64,000 bases of DNA from an uncultured Pseudomonadota bacterium (GCA_963749075.1 CAVVLJ010000022.1:96001-160000), one strand, 5' to 3'. Positions 9,786 through 21,844 are shown, counted from the stretch's first letter. Numbers and translations: made by a program. Notes: a model not told the origin generated them from the letters alone.

Positions 9786-9851
9786 ATCGCGCCGCTTCCG
9801 CAGCGGCTCGATCGGCGCAGACACGGCGGCCGGCCGCTCGCCCGGGATCGT

Positions 9852-9865
9852 TTGACCTAGGTCAA
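9852..9865. promoter_or_regulatory. FNR/FixK-like box
   Basis: Perfect palindrome TTGACCTAGGTCAA (TTGAC-N4-GTCAA) about 120 bp upstream of cstA. Confidence 0.5.
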
Positions 9866-9987
9866 TGTAGCCCGGCCAAGGCCGCCGTATTAGTCGAAAG
9901 ATCGGCGAGCGCTCGGCTACCGTCTTGCGCCGGGACCATTGCAAGGGACCGCGAGCCGAGCTCCGGCTCAAGGTGCGGAGGAGACCC

Positions 9988-12054
9988 ATGTCGATGAACA
10001 AATTGCTCTGGGCCGCGGTGGTCGTGCTGGGGGCGATCGCCTTCGGCGTCGTGGCACTCAGCCGAGGCGAGCCCATCAATGCCGCGTGGCTCGTCATCGC
10101 GGCGGTCTGCATCTATTTCATCGCCTACCGCTTCTACGCCCTCTTCATCGCGGAGAAGGTGCTCGGCGTCGATCCGACGCGCCAGACGCCCGCCTACCGC
10201 CGCAACGACGGTCTCGATTACGTCCCGACCAACCGCTATGTGCTCTACGGGCATCATTTCGCGGCGATCGCCGGGGCGGGGCCGCTGGTCGGTCCGGTTT
10301 TGGCGGCACAGATGGGCTATCTGCCCGGCACCTTGTGGATTCTCGCCGGCGTGGTCTTTGCCGGCGCGGTGCAGGACATGACCGTGCTGTTCCTCTCGAC
10401 GCGGCGCGACGGCCGCTCGCTCGGCGACATCGTCCGCTCCGAGATGGGGCCCGTCGCAGGCGCTGTCGCGGGCATCGGCGTCCTGCTCATCTGCATCATC
10501 ATCCTGGCGGTCCTGGCGCTCGTGGTCGTCAAGGCCTTGATGGGAAGCCCGTGGGGCACCTTCACCGTCTTCTGCACCGTTCCGATCGCGCTCATCATGG
10601 GCGTCTACAGCCGTTTCATCCGGCCGGGCCGCATCGCCGAGATGTCGATCATAGGAGCTGTGCTGCTCCTCTTGGCTCTCATCTTCGGCCGCACGGTTTC
10701 CGAGACCCCGGCACTCGCCGTCTATTTCAATCTCTCCGGCACGACGCTGGCGCTGACTATCATCGGCTACGGCTTCGTGGCCTCGGTGCTGCCGGTGTGG
10801 CTGCTGCTGGCGCCGCGCGACTATCTCTCGACCTTCCTCAAGGTCGGCACGATCTGGCTGCTGGCGATCGGCATCCTCATCGTTCACCCCGATCTGCAAA
10901 TGCCGGCGGTGACCCGCTTTGTCGACGGCAGCGGCCCGGTCTGGGCGGGGAGCCTCTTCCCCTTCCTCTTCATCACCATCGCCTGCGGCTCGGTGTCCGG
11001 CTGGCACGCGCTCATCTCGTCGGGCACCACGCCCAAGATGATCGAGAATGAAAGGCAAATCCCCTTCATCGGCTATGGCGGCATGTTGATGGAATCGCTC
11101 GTCGCCATCATGGCGATGATCGGCGCCACGGTGATCCATCCGGGCATCTATTTCGCGATGAACAGCTCGGCGGGGCTCATCGGGACGACGGCCGACCACG
11201 CAGCACAGGTGATCTCGTCCTGGGGCTTCGTCGTGACGCCCGACATCCTGACCGCGATCGCCAAGGATGTCGGCGAGACGAGCATCCTCTCGCGCACGGG
11301 CGGCGCGCCCACGCTGGCGGTCGGCATGGCCACCATCCTCTCGAGCTTCCTGGGCGGCCGGCTTCTCATGGGGATTTGGTATCACTTCATCATTCTGTTC
11401 GAGGCGTTGTTCATCCTGACGACGGTGGACGCCGGCACGCGCGTCCTGCGCTTCATGATCCAGGATTTCGTGGGCAACATCGTGCCGGCCTTCAAAGAGA
11501 CGAAATCCTGGGCCAACAACCTCATCGGCTCGGCGCTGGCCTGCGTGCTGTGGGGCTATATCCTCTACGAGGGCGTCATCGATCCCTACGGCGGCATCTG
11601 GACCCTGTGGCCGCTCTTCGGGACCGCCAACCAGATGCTTGCGGCCATCGCACTCACCCTGTGCACGGTCGTGTTGTTCAAGATGAAGCGCCAGCGTTAC
11701 GCCTGGGTCACCATCGTCCCGGCGGGGTGGCTCGTCATCACCACCATCACCGCGGGGCTGGAGAAGGTCTTCAGCGCCAACCCCGGGGTCGGCTTCGTGA
11801 GCCATGCCGTCAAGTTCAGCGAGGCGCTCGCGGCGGGCCAGATTCTGGCGCCGGCGAAGACGGTCGAAACGATGGGCCGGGTCATCTTCAACGACTATCT
11901 GGACGCGACGCTGGCCGCTCTCTTCGTGGCCGTCGTGGTGGCGACCGTGATCTATGGCTTCATCAATGCGCGTAAAGCGATGGGCACGCCCAGGAGCACC
12001 GCGGTCGAGATCGGAGGCATTGCCGGCGCGCCGGCAGGGGGCAGCGATGACTAA
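9988..12054 (+). CDS. cstA: Carbon starvation protein A (CstA/BtsT-type pyruvate/peptide transporter)
   Basis: NDGLDYVPT, GHHFAAIAGAGPLVGP, FITIACGSVSGWHAL, LWPLFGTANQMLA; GGAGGAG RBS. Confidence 0.96.
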   Translation: MSMNKLLWAAVVVLGAIAFGVVALSRGEPINAAWLVIAAVCIYFIAYRFYALFIAEKVLGVDPTRQTPAYRRNDGLDYVPTNRYVLYGHHFAAIAGAGPLVGPVLAAQMGYLPGTLWILAGVVFAGAVQDMTVLFLSTRRDGRSLGDIVRSEMGPVAGAVAGIGVLLICIIILAVLALVVVKALMGSPWGTFTVFCTVPIALIMGVYSRFIRPGRIAEMSIIGAVLLLLALIFGRTVSETPALAVYFNLSGTTLALTIIGYGFVASVLPVWLLLAPRDYLSTFLKVGTIWLLAIGILIVHPDLQMPAVTRFVDGSGPVWAGSLFPFLFITIACGSVSGWHALISSGTTPKMIENERQIPFIGYGGMLMESLVAIMAMIGATVIHPGIYFAMNSSAGLIGTTADHAAQVISSWGFVVTPDILTAIAKDVGETSILSRTGGAPTLAVGMATILSSFLGGRLLMGIWYHFIILFEALFILTTVDAGTRVLRFMIQDFVGNIVPAFKETKSWANNLIGSALACVLWGYILYEGVIDPYGGIWTLWPLFGTANQMLAAIALTLCTVVLFKMKRQRYAWVTIVPAGWLVITTITAGLEKVFSANPGVGFVSHAVKFSEALAAGQILAPAKTVETMGRVIFNDYLDATLAALFVAVVVATVIYGFINARKAMGTPRSTAVEIGGIAGAPAGGSDD

Positions 12055-12247
12055 GCTCAAACGGCTGGGCAAACAGGTGGTTCAGACCGCGCGCCTCATG
12101 GTCGGCATTCCGGACTTCGAGACCTACGTCGAGCATCGCAAGGCCCGTCACCCGGGCGAGCCGATCATGAGCTACGAGGAATTCTTCCGCGAGCGTCAGA
12201 ACGCGCGCTATGCCATCGAGAAGGGCAAATTCAAGGGCTGCTGCTGA
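12047..12247 (+). CDS. YbdD/YjiX family protein
   Basis: Overlaps the cstA end; ARLMVGIPDFETYVEH...HPGEPIMSYEEFFRERQ..RY...CC. Confidence 0.92.
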   Translation: MTKLKRLGKQVVQTARLMVGIPDFETYVEHRKARHPGEPIMSYEEFFRERQNARYAIEKGKFKGCC

Positions 12248-12320
12248 GGAGACCGGGCCGGCCGCGCCGGCCCGCCTTCCCGCGGCCTGCAACGATGCAT
12301 GCTTCCAGGGAATGACGCGC

Positions 12321-13961
12321 ATGGTCGCCAAGCTGAGCGACATGACTCCGAAGGTCGATCTCACTCACGGCAAGGGCACCGGGCCGGTCCGCCTGCGCCG
12401 CCCGCTCTATGTCGACCTCCTGCCGCCCTGCAACCAGAGCTGCCCCGCAGGCGAGAATATTCAAGCCTGGCTCGACTTGGCCCAGACCGGCAAATATCGC
12501 GAAGCCTGGGGAGCGCTGGTGCGCGACAACCCCATGCCGGCCGTTCACGGGCGGGTGTGCTATCACCCGTGCGAGAGCGGCTGCAACAGGGCCGAGCTGG
12601 ACGCGCCGGTCAGCATCCACGCGGTCGAGCGCTTTCTCGGCGACCTCGCCGCCAAGAAGGATTGGTCCTTCAAGATCGAGGCGCCGCCGAGCGGGAAGCG
12701 CATCCTGATCGTGGGCGCCGGCCCGTGCGGGCTGTCGGCGGCCTACCACCTGGCGCGCCTCGGTCATGCGGTCGAGATCCACGAGGCCGGGCCGCTGCCG
12801 GGCGGCATGATGCATTTCGGCATCCCGGCCTACCGGCTGCCGCGTGCGGAGCTCATGGGCGAGATCCGCAGGATCGAGGCGATGGGCGTGAAGATCGTCC
12901 TCAACCGCAAGGTCGAGGACGTGCTCGCGGAGAAGTCCGCCGGCAACTTCGATGCCGTCCTCATCGCGATCGGCGCGGACGTGGGCAAGCATGTCGAGAT
13001 ACCGGCGCGCGACGCCGTGCGCGTGCTCGATGCCGTCTCGCTCCTGCGCGATGCCAGGATGGGCGAGGCGCCGCGCCTCGGCCGCCGGGTCGTGATCTAC
13101 GGCGGCGGCAATACGGCGATGGACGCGGCCCGGACGGCGAGGCGTCTGGGCGCCGAGGAGGCGCTCATCGTCTATCGGCGCGACCGCGCGCACATGCCGG
13201 CGCGCGCCTTCGAGGCGGACGAGGCGCTCGAGGAAGGCATCAAGATCAAGTGGCTGAGCACCATCAAGGAGATCGCCGGCGCCGACCTCACGGTCGAGAT
13301 CATGGTGCTCGACGAGAAGGGGCGGCCGCAGCCGACCGGACGCTTCGAGACGCTCACGGCGGACGCGGTCCTCCTCGCCCTCGGCCAGGAGACGGACAGC
13401 GCCTTCCTGCGCCGCGTTCCCGGCATCGAGTTCGGCGCCGACGGCATGGTGCTGGTGTCGCCCGACATGATGACCGGTCATCCCGGAATCTTCGCCGGAG
13501 GAGACGTGATCCCGGGCGAGCGGACCGTCACCGTCTCGGTCGGCCACGGCAAGCGGGCGGCGCGGCACATCGATGCCTGGCTGAGCGGCGGGCGCTACGA
13601 GAAGCCGGCCAAGGCGCCCGTCGTGCGCTTCGACATGCTCCATCTGCCGGTCTACAGCGATGCCGATCCCCGCTCCCAGAAGACGCTGTCCGCCGCCGCG
13701 CGCGTCAGCGGCTTCGAGGAGGTCGTCCGCGGGCTCGAAGAGAACGAGGCCCGCTTCGAGGCTCAGCGTTGCCTCTCGTGCGGCAATTGCTACGAGTGCG
13801 ACAACTGCTATGCGGCCTGTCCGGAGGACGCCATCCTCAAGCTGGGGCCGGGACGGCGCTACCGCGTCGACTACGACAAGTGCACCGGCTGCGCCGTGTG
13901 CTTCGAGCAGTGCCCTTGCCACGCCATCGAGATGGCGGCCGAGCCGCAGGGGGTCGACTGA
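12321..13961 (+). CDS. GltD-like NAD(P)/FAD oxidoreductase with C-terminal 2x[4Fe-4S] domain
   Basis: PPCNQSCPAG, GRVCYHPCE, GAGPCG, GGGNTAMD, GGD; C-terminal CLSCGNCYECDNCYAACP and CTGCAVCFEQCP. Start could be 12312, 12321 or 12342. Confidence 0.88.
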   Translation: MVAKLSDMTPKVDLTHGKGTGPVRLRRPLYVDLLPPCNQSCPAGENIQAWLDLAQTGKYREAWGALVRDNPMPAVHGRVCYHPCESGCNRAELDAPVSIHAVERFLGDLAAKKDWSFKIEAPPSGKRILIVGAGPCGLSAAYHLARLGHAVEIHEAGPLPGGMMHFGIPAYRLPRAELMGEIRRIEAMGVKIVLNRKVEDVLAEKSAGNFDAVLIAIGADVGKHVEIPARDAVRVLDAVSLLRDARMGEAPRLGRRVVIYGGGNTAMDAARTARRLGAEEALIVYRRDRAHMPARAFEADEALEEGIKIKWLSTIKEIAGADLTVEIMVLDEKGRPQPTGRFETLTADAVLLALGQETDSAFLRRVPGIEFGADGMVLVSPDMMTGHPGIFAGGDVIPGERTVTVSVGHGKRAARHIDAWLSGGRYEKPAKAPVVRFDMLHLPVYSDADPRSQKTLSAAARVSGFEEVVRGLEENEARFEAQRCLSCGNCYECDNCYAACPEDAILKLGPGRRYRVDYDKCTGCAVCFEQCPCHAIEMAAEPQGVD

Positions 13962-14227
13962 GACGACCCGGGCGAGCGCGTCCGGATGCCGGGCAAAATG
14001 GCCGGATCGGACGCTCGACCGCCGTTGCGGCCGCCCCCGGTGCCGCCCGCCGCCCGCGCTTCGCGTCCGTATTGCACGAAGACCGGAAAGGCGCGAATAT
14101 TCATGCCAGGACGGGCGTCGTCCGGGCAATCCCGGCTTGCAGTCGTCAATCGGCCGCCCGATGCGTGATCGCGGACTGGCGATCCGGTCGGAAAATCGGT
14201 CAATTTTTTGAACGGGGGGAAAAGAAA

Positions 14228-15532
14228 ATGAGCGAAGCGACCGCGAGTCCGACCCAGAGGCAGATTTTCAAAGTCGCGCTGGCGAGCATCATCGGCTCGG
14301 TGATCGAACAATACGACTTCCTCGTCACCGGCGTCATCGCGGCGACCGTCTGGGGCGGCATCTTCTTCAAGCTGCCGGGCCTTGCGGCCGTTGCGGCGGC
14401 GATCGGCGTCTACGGCCTCGGCATCATCATCCGCCCGGTCGGCGCCTATATCTTCGGCAACATCGCCGATCGGCGGGGGCGCAGGGACGCCATGGTTTAT
14501 GCGCTGGTGCTGATGGGCGTCAGCACGCTGCTGATCGGGCTTACGCCGACCTACGACAGCATCGGCGTCGCCGCGCCGGCGCTGCTGATCGTCTTCCGGC
14601 TCATGCAGGGGATCAGTTTCGGCGCCGAGTTCGGCACCGCCTCGACCTGGGTGGTCGAACAGGCGGCGCGATCGAAGTACCGCGCCTTCTGGGGTGCCTG
14701 GGTCGGCTTCGCGATCCCGATCGGGCTGCTCCTCGGCTTCGGCTCGGTGATCTTCGTCAAGTCGCTGATGACGCCGCAGGATTTCATCGCCTGGGGCTGG
14801 CGCATCTTCTTCTTCGTCGGCTTCCTGGTGGCGATCGTCGGCATCGTCATCCGGACGCGCACCCAGGACAGCTTCGTCTTCGAACGGCACAAGTCGCAGG
14901 GTGCGATTCTCGCGCATCCCGCGAGACAGGTCTGGCGCGAGATGCCGCTGCGCATCCTGCGCACCTCGCTGGTGAACGCGATGTTCGGCGGCGCGTTCTT
15001 CCTCTACTTCGTGTTCGGCACCGGCTACATGAAGGCGGTCGGCTTCGCCGGATCGACGCCCGAGACGATCGGGCTGATCGCCGCGGCCTTCATGCTGGTG
15101 TTCATGATCATCGGCTCGGTGCTCGCCGACGTCATCAACCGCCGGACCATCCTGTTGATCGCCGCCGTCGTGTTCCTCATCTTCGCCATCCCGTATTTCT
15201 ACCTGATCAACTCGGGCAGCTTCATCCTCGCAACGATCGCCGAGATCGTCGGATTCGGCTTCGTCTTCGGCTTCGGCTATGGCGCGATACCGGCCTTCTA
15301 TACGGAGAATTTCCCGACCAAATACCGCGGCTCGGGCGCGAGCGCCGGTTATCAAATCGCGCAGGTCTACGGCGGCGGGCTGATCCCGATTCTCGCCGGC
15401 CTGCTCCTCGAGGCCTACGGCATTCACAGGGCCTATATCTATATCGGGCTTCTGGTGATGGTCTACGCGGTGCTGGCGATCTTCGCGATTCTCGCCACGC
15501 CGGAGACGAAGCACGCCAATCTCGAAGGGTGA
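14228..15532 (+). CDS. MFS transporter (MHS / metabolite:H+ symporter type)
   Basis: IGSVIEQYDF, RPVGAYIFGNIADRRGRR, RLMQGISFGAE, WGWRIFF; about 12 TM helices. Confidence 0.93.
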   Translation: MSEATASPTQRQIFKVALASIIGSVIEQYDFLVTGVIAATVWGGIFFKLPGLAAVAAAIGVYGLGIIIRPVGAYIFGNIADRRGRRDAMVYALVLMGVSTLLIGLTPTYDSIGVAAPALLIVFRLMQGISFGAEFGTASTWVVEQAARSKYRAFWGAWVGFAIPIGLLLGFGSVIFVKSLMTPQDFIAWGWRIFFFVGFLVAIVGIVIRTRTQDSFVFERHKSQGAILAHPARQVWREMPLRILRTSLVNAMFGGAFFLYFVFGTGYMKAVGFAGSTPETIGLIAAAFMLVFMIIGSVLADVINRRTILLIAAVVFLIFAIPYFYLINSGSFILATIAEIVGFGFVFGFGYGAIPAFYTENFPTKYRGSGASAGYQIAQVYGGGLIPILAGLLLEAYGIHRAYIYIGLLVMVYAVLAIFAILATPETKHANLEG

Positions 15533-15605
15533 TGCCGCCTAAGCGGTGCCGCCGGGCGGACGGCGCGCCGGCCGCCGTTGACAAGCTGCCGTCTGGCTCG
15601 CAAGT

Positions 15606-16193
15606 ATGCCTCGAGCCCGAATGCCGAGGATCGTATTGCGCTGTCTCTGCCGCATCGCGGCGTTGCTGCCCTTGCTGCCTTGTGCGGCGGGACCGGGCTT
15701 CGCGACGCAGCCCCTTGCCTTCGCGGGCCCCCAGGCAGCGGTGACGGCGCCGCCGATAGACGCCCCTCCGAGGATCGACCGCGTCCTCGTGATTAAGCAC
15801 TTGCGCCGGCTCTACCTCCTCGCGAGGGGAGAGATCGTCGCGGCCTATCCGGTCAAGCTCGGGCATCATCCTCTGGGGCCGAAGGTGGAGGCCGGCGACG
15901 GCAAGACTCCCGAGGGCGACTACGTGCTCGACCGCCGCAACCCTTTGAGCCTCTTCACGCTGGCACTCCATGTCTCCTATCCGAACGAGCGCGACCGCGC
16001 GCACGCACGCGCCCTCCATGTGAATCCGGGCGGCGCCATCGAGGTCCATGGCGATCCCTTCGTGGCGAGCGCCATCAGCGCCGGCAAGCTGCGCACCGCC
16101 TGGACCGCCGGCTGCATCGCCTTGTCCAACGCCGATATGAAGCAGGCGTGGGACCTGGTCGCCGACGGCACCCCGATCGAAATCGAGCCGTGA
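15606..16193 (+). CDS. L,D-transpeptidase (YkuD family)
   Basis: GDGKTPEGDY, LHVSYPN, IEVHG...WTAGCIAL catalytic His/Cys. Confidence 0.9.
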   Translation: MPRARMPRIVLRCLCRIAALLPLLPCAAGPGFATQPLAFAGPQAAVTAPPIDAPPRIDRVLVIKHLRRLYLLARGEIVAAYPVKLGHHPLGPKVEAGDGKTPEGDYVLDRRNPLSLFTLALHVSYPNERDRAHARALHVNPGGAIEVHGDPFVASAISAGKLRTAWTAGCIALSNADMKQAWDLVADGTPIEIEP

Positions 16194-16281
16194 AAATGCG
16201 ATCCCGCGGCACTCGCGGCGGCGGCGAGCCGGCCCCGCCGGAATGTCGAGGCGTCGCGTTCTGGCGCCGGGCCGGGCCCGG

Positions 16282-17116
16282 TCAATCCGGGGCGCCGTGG
16301 CCGGAGACGACGCGGACCACGCCGCGAATGACGTCGCGGAACGCCTCGTCGTAGTTCACGCCTTTTATTCCCCAGGCGTAACCGACGCCGTGCCAGAGCA
16401 TCTGCCACGACCCGACCCAGCCGGGCAGGGCGGGTTGGAACTCGAGCGAGCCGACGACAATCACTTGATCCGGAGAGGATGCCGCCAGAGGCGGCGGGAA
16501 CCAGCCCATGGTGATGCCCCAGGCGACGAGCTCGGCCTCGCTCGGAATACGCACCTTCATGCCGTAGTCGCCGGCCAGGCTGGCGAAAGCGACCCGTTGC
16601 TCGGCGGCGGCAGGAGCCTCGGCGCTCAGCAGATAGGACCCCTTGGCGCCGCGCACCGTGGAGGGCGGGCACCACCACGGGGCGCCTGCCGCGCCAGGGC
16701 CGCAAGCCGAGATGCGCCAGCGCCCGGTCGATCCGCGCCCGGTCGAAGGTCACCGTGAGGTAATGCGATCGGTCGTAGCTGGCCTGGTCGTCCCTGTGCG
16801 CTATGAGCGCCTTCGGATCGATGTAGTAGAAGGAGGCGACCAGGGCGTCCGCGTGCGCCGCGAGCTTAGCCGTACGCGGATCGCCTTGCAGCCGCGGCTC
16901 GCCCGACACCTTCACGAGGACTTCGCGCAGGCACTGCGCGAAGCCGCTCGGGCGGCTGCGCATGTCCGTGCCGCTGACGATGGCGGTCGCCTGGTAGAAG
17001 CCGCTCGTATCTTGCGCGCGGCCCGGCCGCGCGTCGGCGGCAACGAGCGCAAGCGAGAGGACGACGAGCAGCCATGCCGCTGCCAGCCGCCCGTGCCGGA
17101 GCTGCCGATCTTCCAT
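16282..17116 (-). CDS. DUF2066-like exported protein, split by one +1 frameshift near 16660
   Basis: Signal peptide, LREVLVKVSG, LTVTFD..., WRGRRPVVV. The C-terminal half continues in ORF 16282..16656; removing one C restores a single frame. Confidence 0.65.
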
Positions 17117-17440
17117 CGCCTGTCTCCCTTCTCCCGATCGCGCGGACCCACGACTGGAGGCCGCGGGTCCATAACTATCCATAGATATATAGACAGTTAT
17201 AGACTAGCCTCTCAGCCGAGACTCTGCAACGCTCGAAATCCGCGATTGAAGTGACCCGCGGACCGCCGGAGACGGCCGTCCTCAGGGCGGCCGCCGAAGG
17301 CCGTCCAAGCGTCCCGAGTTGACGGCCGATATCCGAGGTTCGCTTTGTGCGAATATCGGGCCAAAAAAGGCATGGTCATGATTTCATTGTATTTATTTCT
17401 TGTTTAGTAAAATTTTGCCGCGGCAAATATCTTATTCCGT

Positions 17441-17470
17441 TTGTAAAATAAAACCCGCGTCCCCATATAC
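17441..17470 (+). promoter_or_regulatory. Putative RpoH-like promoter
   Basis: TTGTA-N15-CCCCATATA, with the same spacing as the motif upstream of groES. Confidence 0.45.
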
Positions 17471-17504
17471 AAAAACATTGATAAAATCAAAATTCGGAGG
17501 TCCC

Positions 17505-17732
17505 ATGAAGGCGGCCCTTACAGGCGTGCAGCACCACAACGCCGCGGCGGAGCATCACGACCAAGCGGCACGGCATCATCGCCAGGCGTCGAAATACTAC
17601 GAAGAGAACGACCATGCGCATGCCGCGCACCAAGCCCTCATTGCCCACGGCCATGCCCAACAGGCCGCGCGTCACGGCAATGAGGCGACCAAGTACCACA
17701 TCGAGCAGCATGGCATGGAGGCGTCCACCTAG
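17505..17732 (+). CDS. Small His-rich helical protein (75 aa)
   Basis: GGAGG RBS; MKAALTGVQHHNAAAEHHDQAARHHRQ...; 14 His residues. Confidence 0.8.
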   Translation: MKAALTGVQHHNAAAEHHDQAARHHRQASKYYEENDHAHAAHQALIAHGHAQQAARHGNEATKYHIEQHGMEAST

Positions 17733-17803
17733 GCGAATGGGCGGCGGCTCGTCCGCCGCCGGGAATTCGTCCGGTCCGCAGAACGTCAGGGAGAATACAC
17801 GTC

Positions 17804-18220
17804 ATGGCATCCAAACCTGGTCTTGCGCAGCGATTTGAGGATTATCGGCCGTCCAAGACGGTGCTCGCCTGGTCTTGCGCCGCCTGCATCGTTGCCACCA
17901 TGATCGTCGGCTTTGAGTGGGGCGGCTGGGTGACCGGCGGCACCGCCTCGGACATGGCGAGCAAGGCAGCGGCGGGAGCAAGCGCCGAATTGGCGGCCGG
18001 AGTTTGTGCCGTGCAATTCAACAAGGCTTCCGATGCGGGCGTCCAACTTGCGGCGCTGAGCAAACTCGACGCTTGGGAGCGCGGGGACTTCATAAAGAAG
18101 GGCGGCTGGGCCACGCTGCCCGGCATGAAGGATTCGGTCGAGGGCGCCGCCGATCTCTGCGCCAGGCAGCTCACGGAAGCCAAACTCTCGCCGGTGAAAG
18201 CCAGCGGTACTTCCGGCTGA
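17804..18220 (+). CDS. Conserved hypothetical membrane-anchored protein
   Basis: GGAG RBS, one TM segment, motif TMIVGFEWGGWVTGGTA, Cys pair in the C-terminal domain. Confidence 0.75.
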   Translation: MASKPGLAQRFEDYRPSKTVLAWSCAACIVATMIVGFEWGGWVTGGTASDMASKAAAGASAELAAGVCAVQFNKASDAGVQLAALSKLDAWERGDFIKKGGWATLPGMKDSVEGAADLCARQLTEAKLSPVKASGTSG

Positions 18221-18373
18221 CTATTGCGCTCAGGGCGCGGGCGATCGACGAAGGGGCGCCGACGGGAGATCGTCGCCCGGTTCCTCGCGGCGGGAACCGG
18301 AGGGGCGCTTGTTGCCGAGCGCGGTGGGACGCGCGGACGTGCTTGAGGCGCTCTCTCCGGGCCGGAGGATGAG

Positions 18374-18889
18374 GTGATGCACCAGGCGGTATCGCGGCTC
18401 CTCCTCGAGCTTCCGCTCTTCCTCGTCACCGCCGTCGCGACGCACCTGGTCATGTCGCTGGGGCAGACGCTGATGCATTGGCAGCTCGGCCATCATGCGA
18501 CGGGCGGCAAGTTCTTCCGCAATCACATCAAGTTTCACCACACGTACTATTCCAAAGATCACCTGGTGTCGCGGACCTACCTTGGCGACGAAGGGAACAA
18601 TACGCCCTTCTTCTTCATTCCCGTTTTCCTGGCCGGAGCGTGCACTTACTTCCTCTTGCCGCTCGATCTCTTCGTCGTCCAAATAGCCGTCTGTGCGGCG
18701 TCCTTCTACGCGCACGTCTTTTTCGACAAGGAATACCACGTCGAGGCGTCGCGGCTCCTTCGCTTTGCCTGGTTCAGACGCATGCAGGAGCTTCACTTCA
18801 CGCATCACCGCCACGCGGACTGCAATTTCGCGGTGATCGATTTCTTCTGGGATCGCATCCTGGGCACCTATCGACGGCCGGATGCCTGA
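18374..18889 (+). CDS. Fatty acid hydroxylase / sterol desaturase family protein
   Basis: His boxes HWQLGH, HIKFHH and HFTHHRH, terminal NFAV..FFWDRILGT, TM helices. Confidence 0.8.
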   Translation: MMHQAVSRLLLELPLFLVTAVATHLVMSLGQTLMHWQLGHHATGGKFFRNHIKFHHTYYSKDHLVSRTYLGDEGNNTPFFFIPVFLAGACTYFLLPLDLFVVQIAVCAASFYAHVFFDKEYHVEASRLLRFAWFRRMQELHFTHHRHADCNFAVIDFFWDRILGTYRRPDA

Positions 18890-18971
18890 ATCGGACGAAT
18901 TAAGCCCTGCGAGTCGGATGGAATATTTCGGCGATTCGCAGGGATTTATGAATTTCTTGACGATGTCTTGG

Positions 18972-19000
18972 TTGTATTTGGCACGCCGCCGTCCCATGTA
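18972..19000 (+). promoter_or_regulatory. Putative RpoH-like promoter of groESL
   Basis: TTGTA-N15-TCCCATGTA immediately upstream of the CIRCE element. Confidence 0.5.
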
Positions 19001-19012
19001 GCGGAATACGCG

Positions 19013-19039
19013 TTGGCACTCTCTCCGCGAGAGTGCCAA
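19013..19039. promoter_or_regulatory. CIRCE element (HrcA operator)
   Basis: TTGGCACTC-TCTCCGCGA-GAGTGCCAA, a perfect 9-9-9 inverted repeat upstream of groES. Confidence 0.93.
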
Positions 19040-19074
19040 ATCCCCGCGAAAATCTCGCTCCAGGGAGACCGTCA

Positions 19075-19389
19075 ATGACATTGCGTCCGTTGCAAGACCG
19101 CGTCCTCATCCGGCGCGTCGAGCCGGAGGCGAAGACCTCCGGCGGCATCATCATTCCGGACACCGCGCAGGAAAAGCCGATGGAAGGCGAAGTCGTCGCC
19201 GTCGGCGCCGGCGCGCGCGATGCGGATGGCCGGCTGCACCCGCTCGACGTCAAGGCGGGCGACCGCGTGCTGTTCGCGAAGTGGTCGGGCAGCGAGTTCA
19301 AGCTCGATGGCGAGGACCTCATCATCATGAAGGAATCCGACATCATGGGCGTGATCGATCGGGCCGCCGCGAAGAAGAAAGCCGCTTAA
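19075..19389 (+). CDS. groES: Co-chaperonin GroES
   Basis: [38 protein letters not shown]. Confidence 0.98.
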   Translation: MTLRPLQDRVLIRRVEPEAKTSGGIIIPDTAQEKPMEGEVVAVGAGARDADGRLHPLDVKAGDRVLFAKWSGSEFKLDGEDLIIMKESDIMGVIDRAAAKKKAA

Positions 19390-21051
<1,662 letters not shown>

Positions 21052-21162
21052 GAGCAAACGACCCCTGCTGGCTGCGGCATCCGCACGATCTGGCGGATGC
21101 CGAACGGGCATTCGGCGTTCCGCTCGACGCGCCGCTCATTCGCCCCGCCGCCCCTGCTCCCG

Positions 21163-21844
21163 TCACGGCAGGCCGGCGCCCCGTGCCGCGGCCGGCAGGA
21201 CATAGGCCGCGATGGCCCAGAAATGGAGTGCGGCCCCCACCACGACGAAGACGTGCCAGATCGCGTTGTGGAAGGGCAAGCTCTTCCAGCGATACATCAG
21301 GATGCCCGAGGTATAGGCGACCCCGCCTGCGACGATGAGCGCAAGGCCCGTCGGCCCCATGGTGCCGAGCAGCGGCCGGTACCACGCGAGGCCGAGCCAG
21401 CCCATCGCCACATAGATCGGGATCGACAGCCGGTGGAGGCGCCTGATCCAGAACATCCGGGCGGCGACGCCGAGGAGCGCAAGGACCCATTCGATCGCCA
21501 CCAACGGGATGCCGCCCCGCTCGCGCAGTGCGATGAGGCCGACCGGCGTGTAGGTCCCGGCGATCAAGATGAAAATGGCGCAATGGTCGAGCGTCGCCGC
21601 AATCCAGACGCGCGCTCCGTGCGGGCGTCCGTGGTAGAGGGCCGAGCTCGCAAAGGCGAAGAATCAGGCTCGCACCATAGACGGCGACGGCGAAGACCGT
21701 CCGCCCTTCGCTCTCGACCGGCAGCGAGCGCAAGAGTGCGACGAGTCCCGCGGCGCTCAGAACGGCCGCAGCACCGTGAATGAGCGCGCTGAGGAGGCTC
21801 GAGCGGTGAAGTTTCGTCGGGCCTGCCAGGTCGAGTTCGCTCAT
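21163..21844 (-). CDS. Hemolysin III / PAQR (TrhA-like) membrane protein, split by one +1 frameshift near 21662
   Basis: N-part LIHGAAAVLS; after the shift SSALYH, LDHCAIFILIAGTYTP, YVAMGW, HNAIWHVFV. Confidence 0.85.

Noticed and set aside
12245-12275. UGA of ybdD followed by a GC hairpin (possible Sec readthrough, in frame with the 1077-aa track ORF)
   Set aside because: The protein already ends in the family-typical CC. The readthrough frame is Arg/Gly-rich shadow sequence over the oxidoreductase, and the hairpin is more simply an intercistronic stem.
12299-15532. 1077-aa ORF as a fusion protein
   Set aside because: Only the part from 14228 is an MFS protein; the rest is an off-frame shadow of the oxidoreductase in high-GC DNA.
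17478-17490. TTGAT-AAA-ATCAA as an FNR box
   Set aside because: The spacer is 3 nt rather than 4, and the site lies downstream of the putative promoter. It might bind another regulator, but there is no support.
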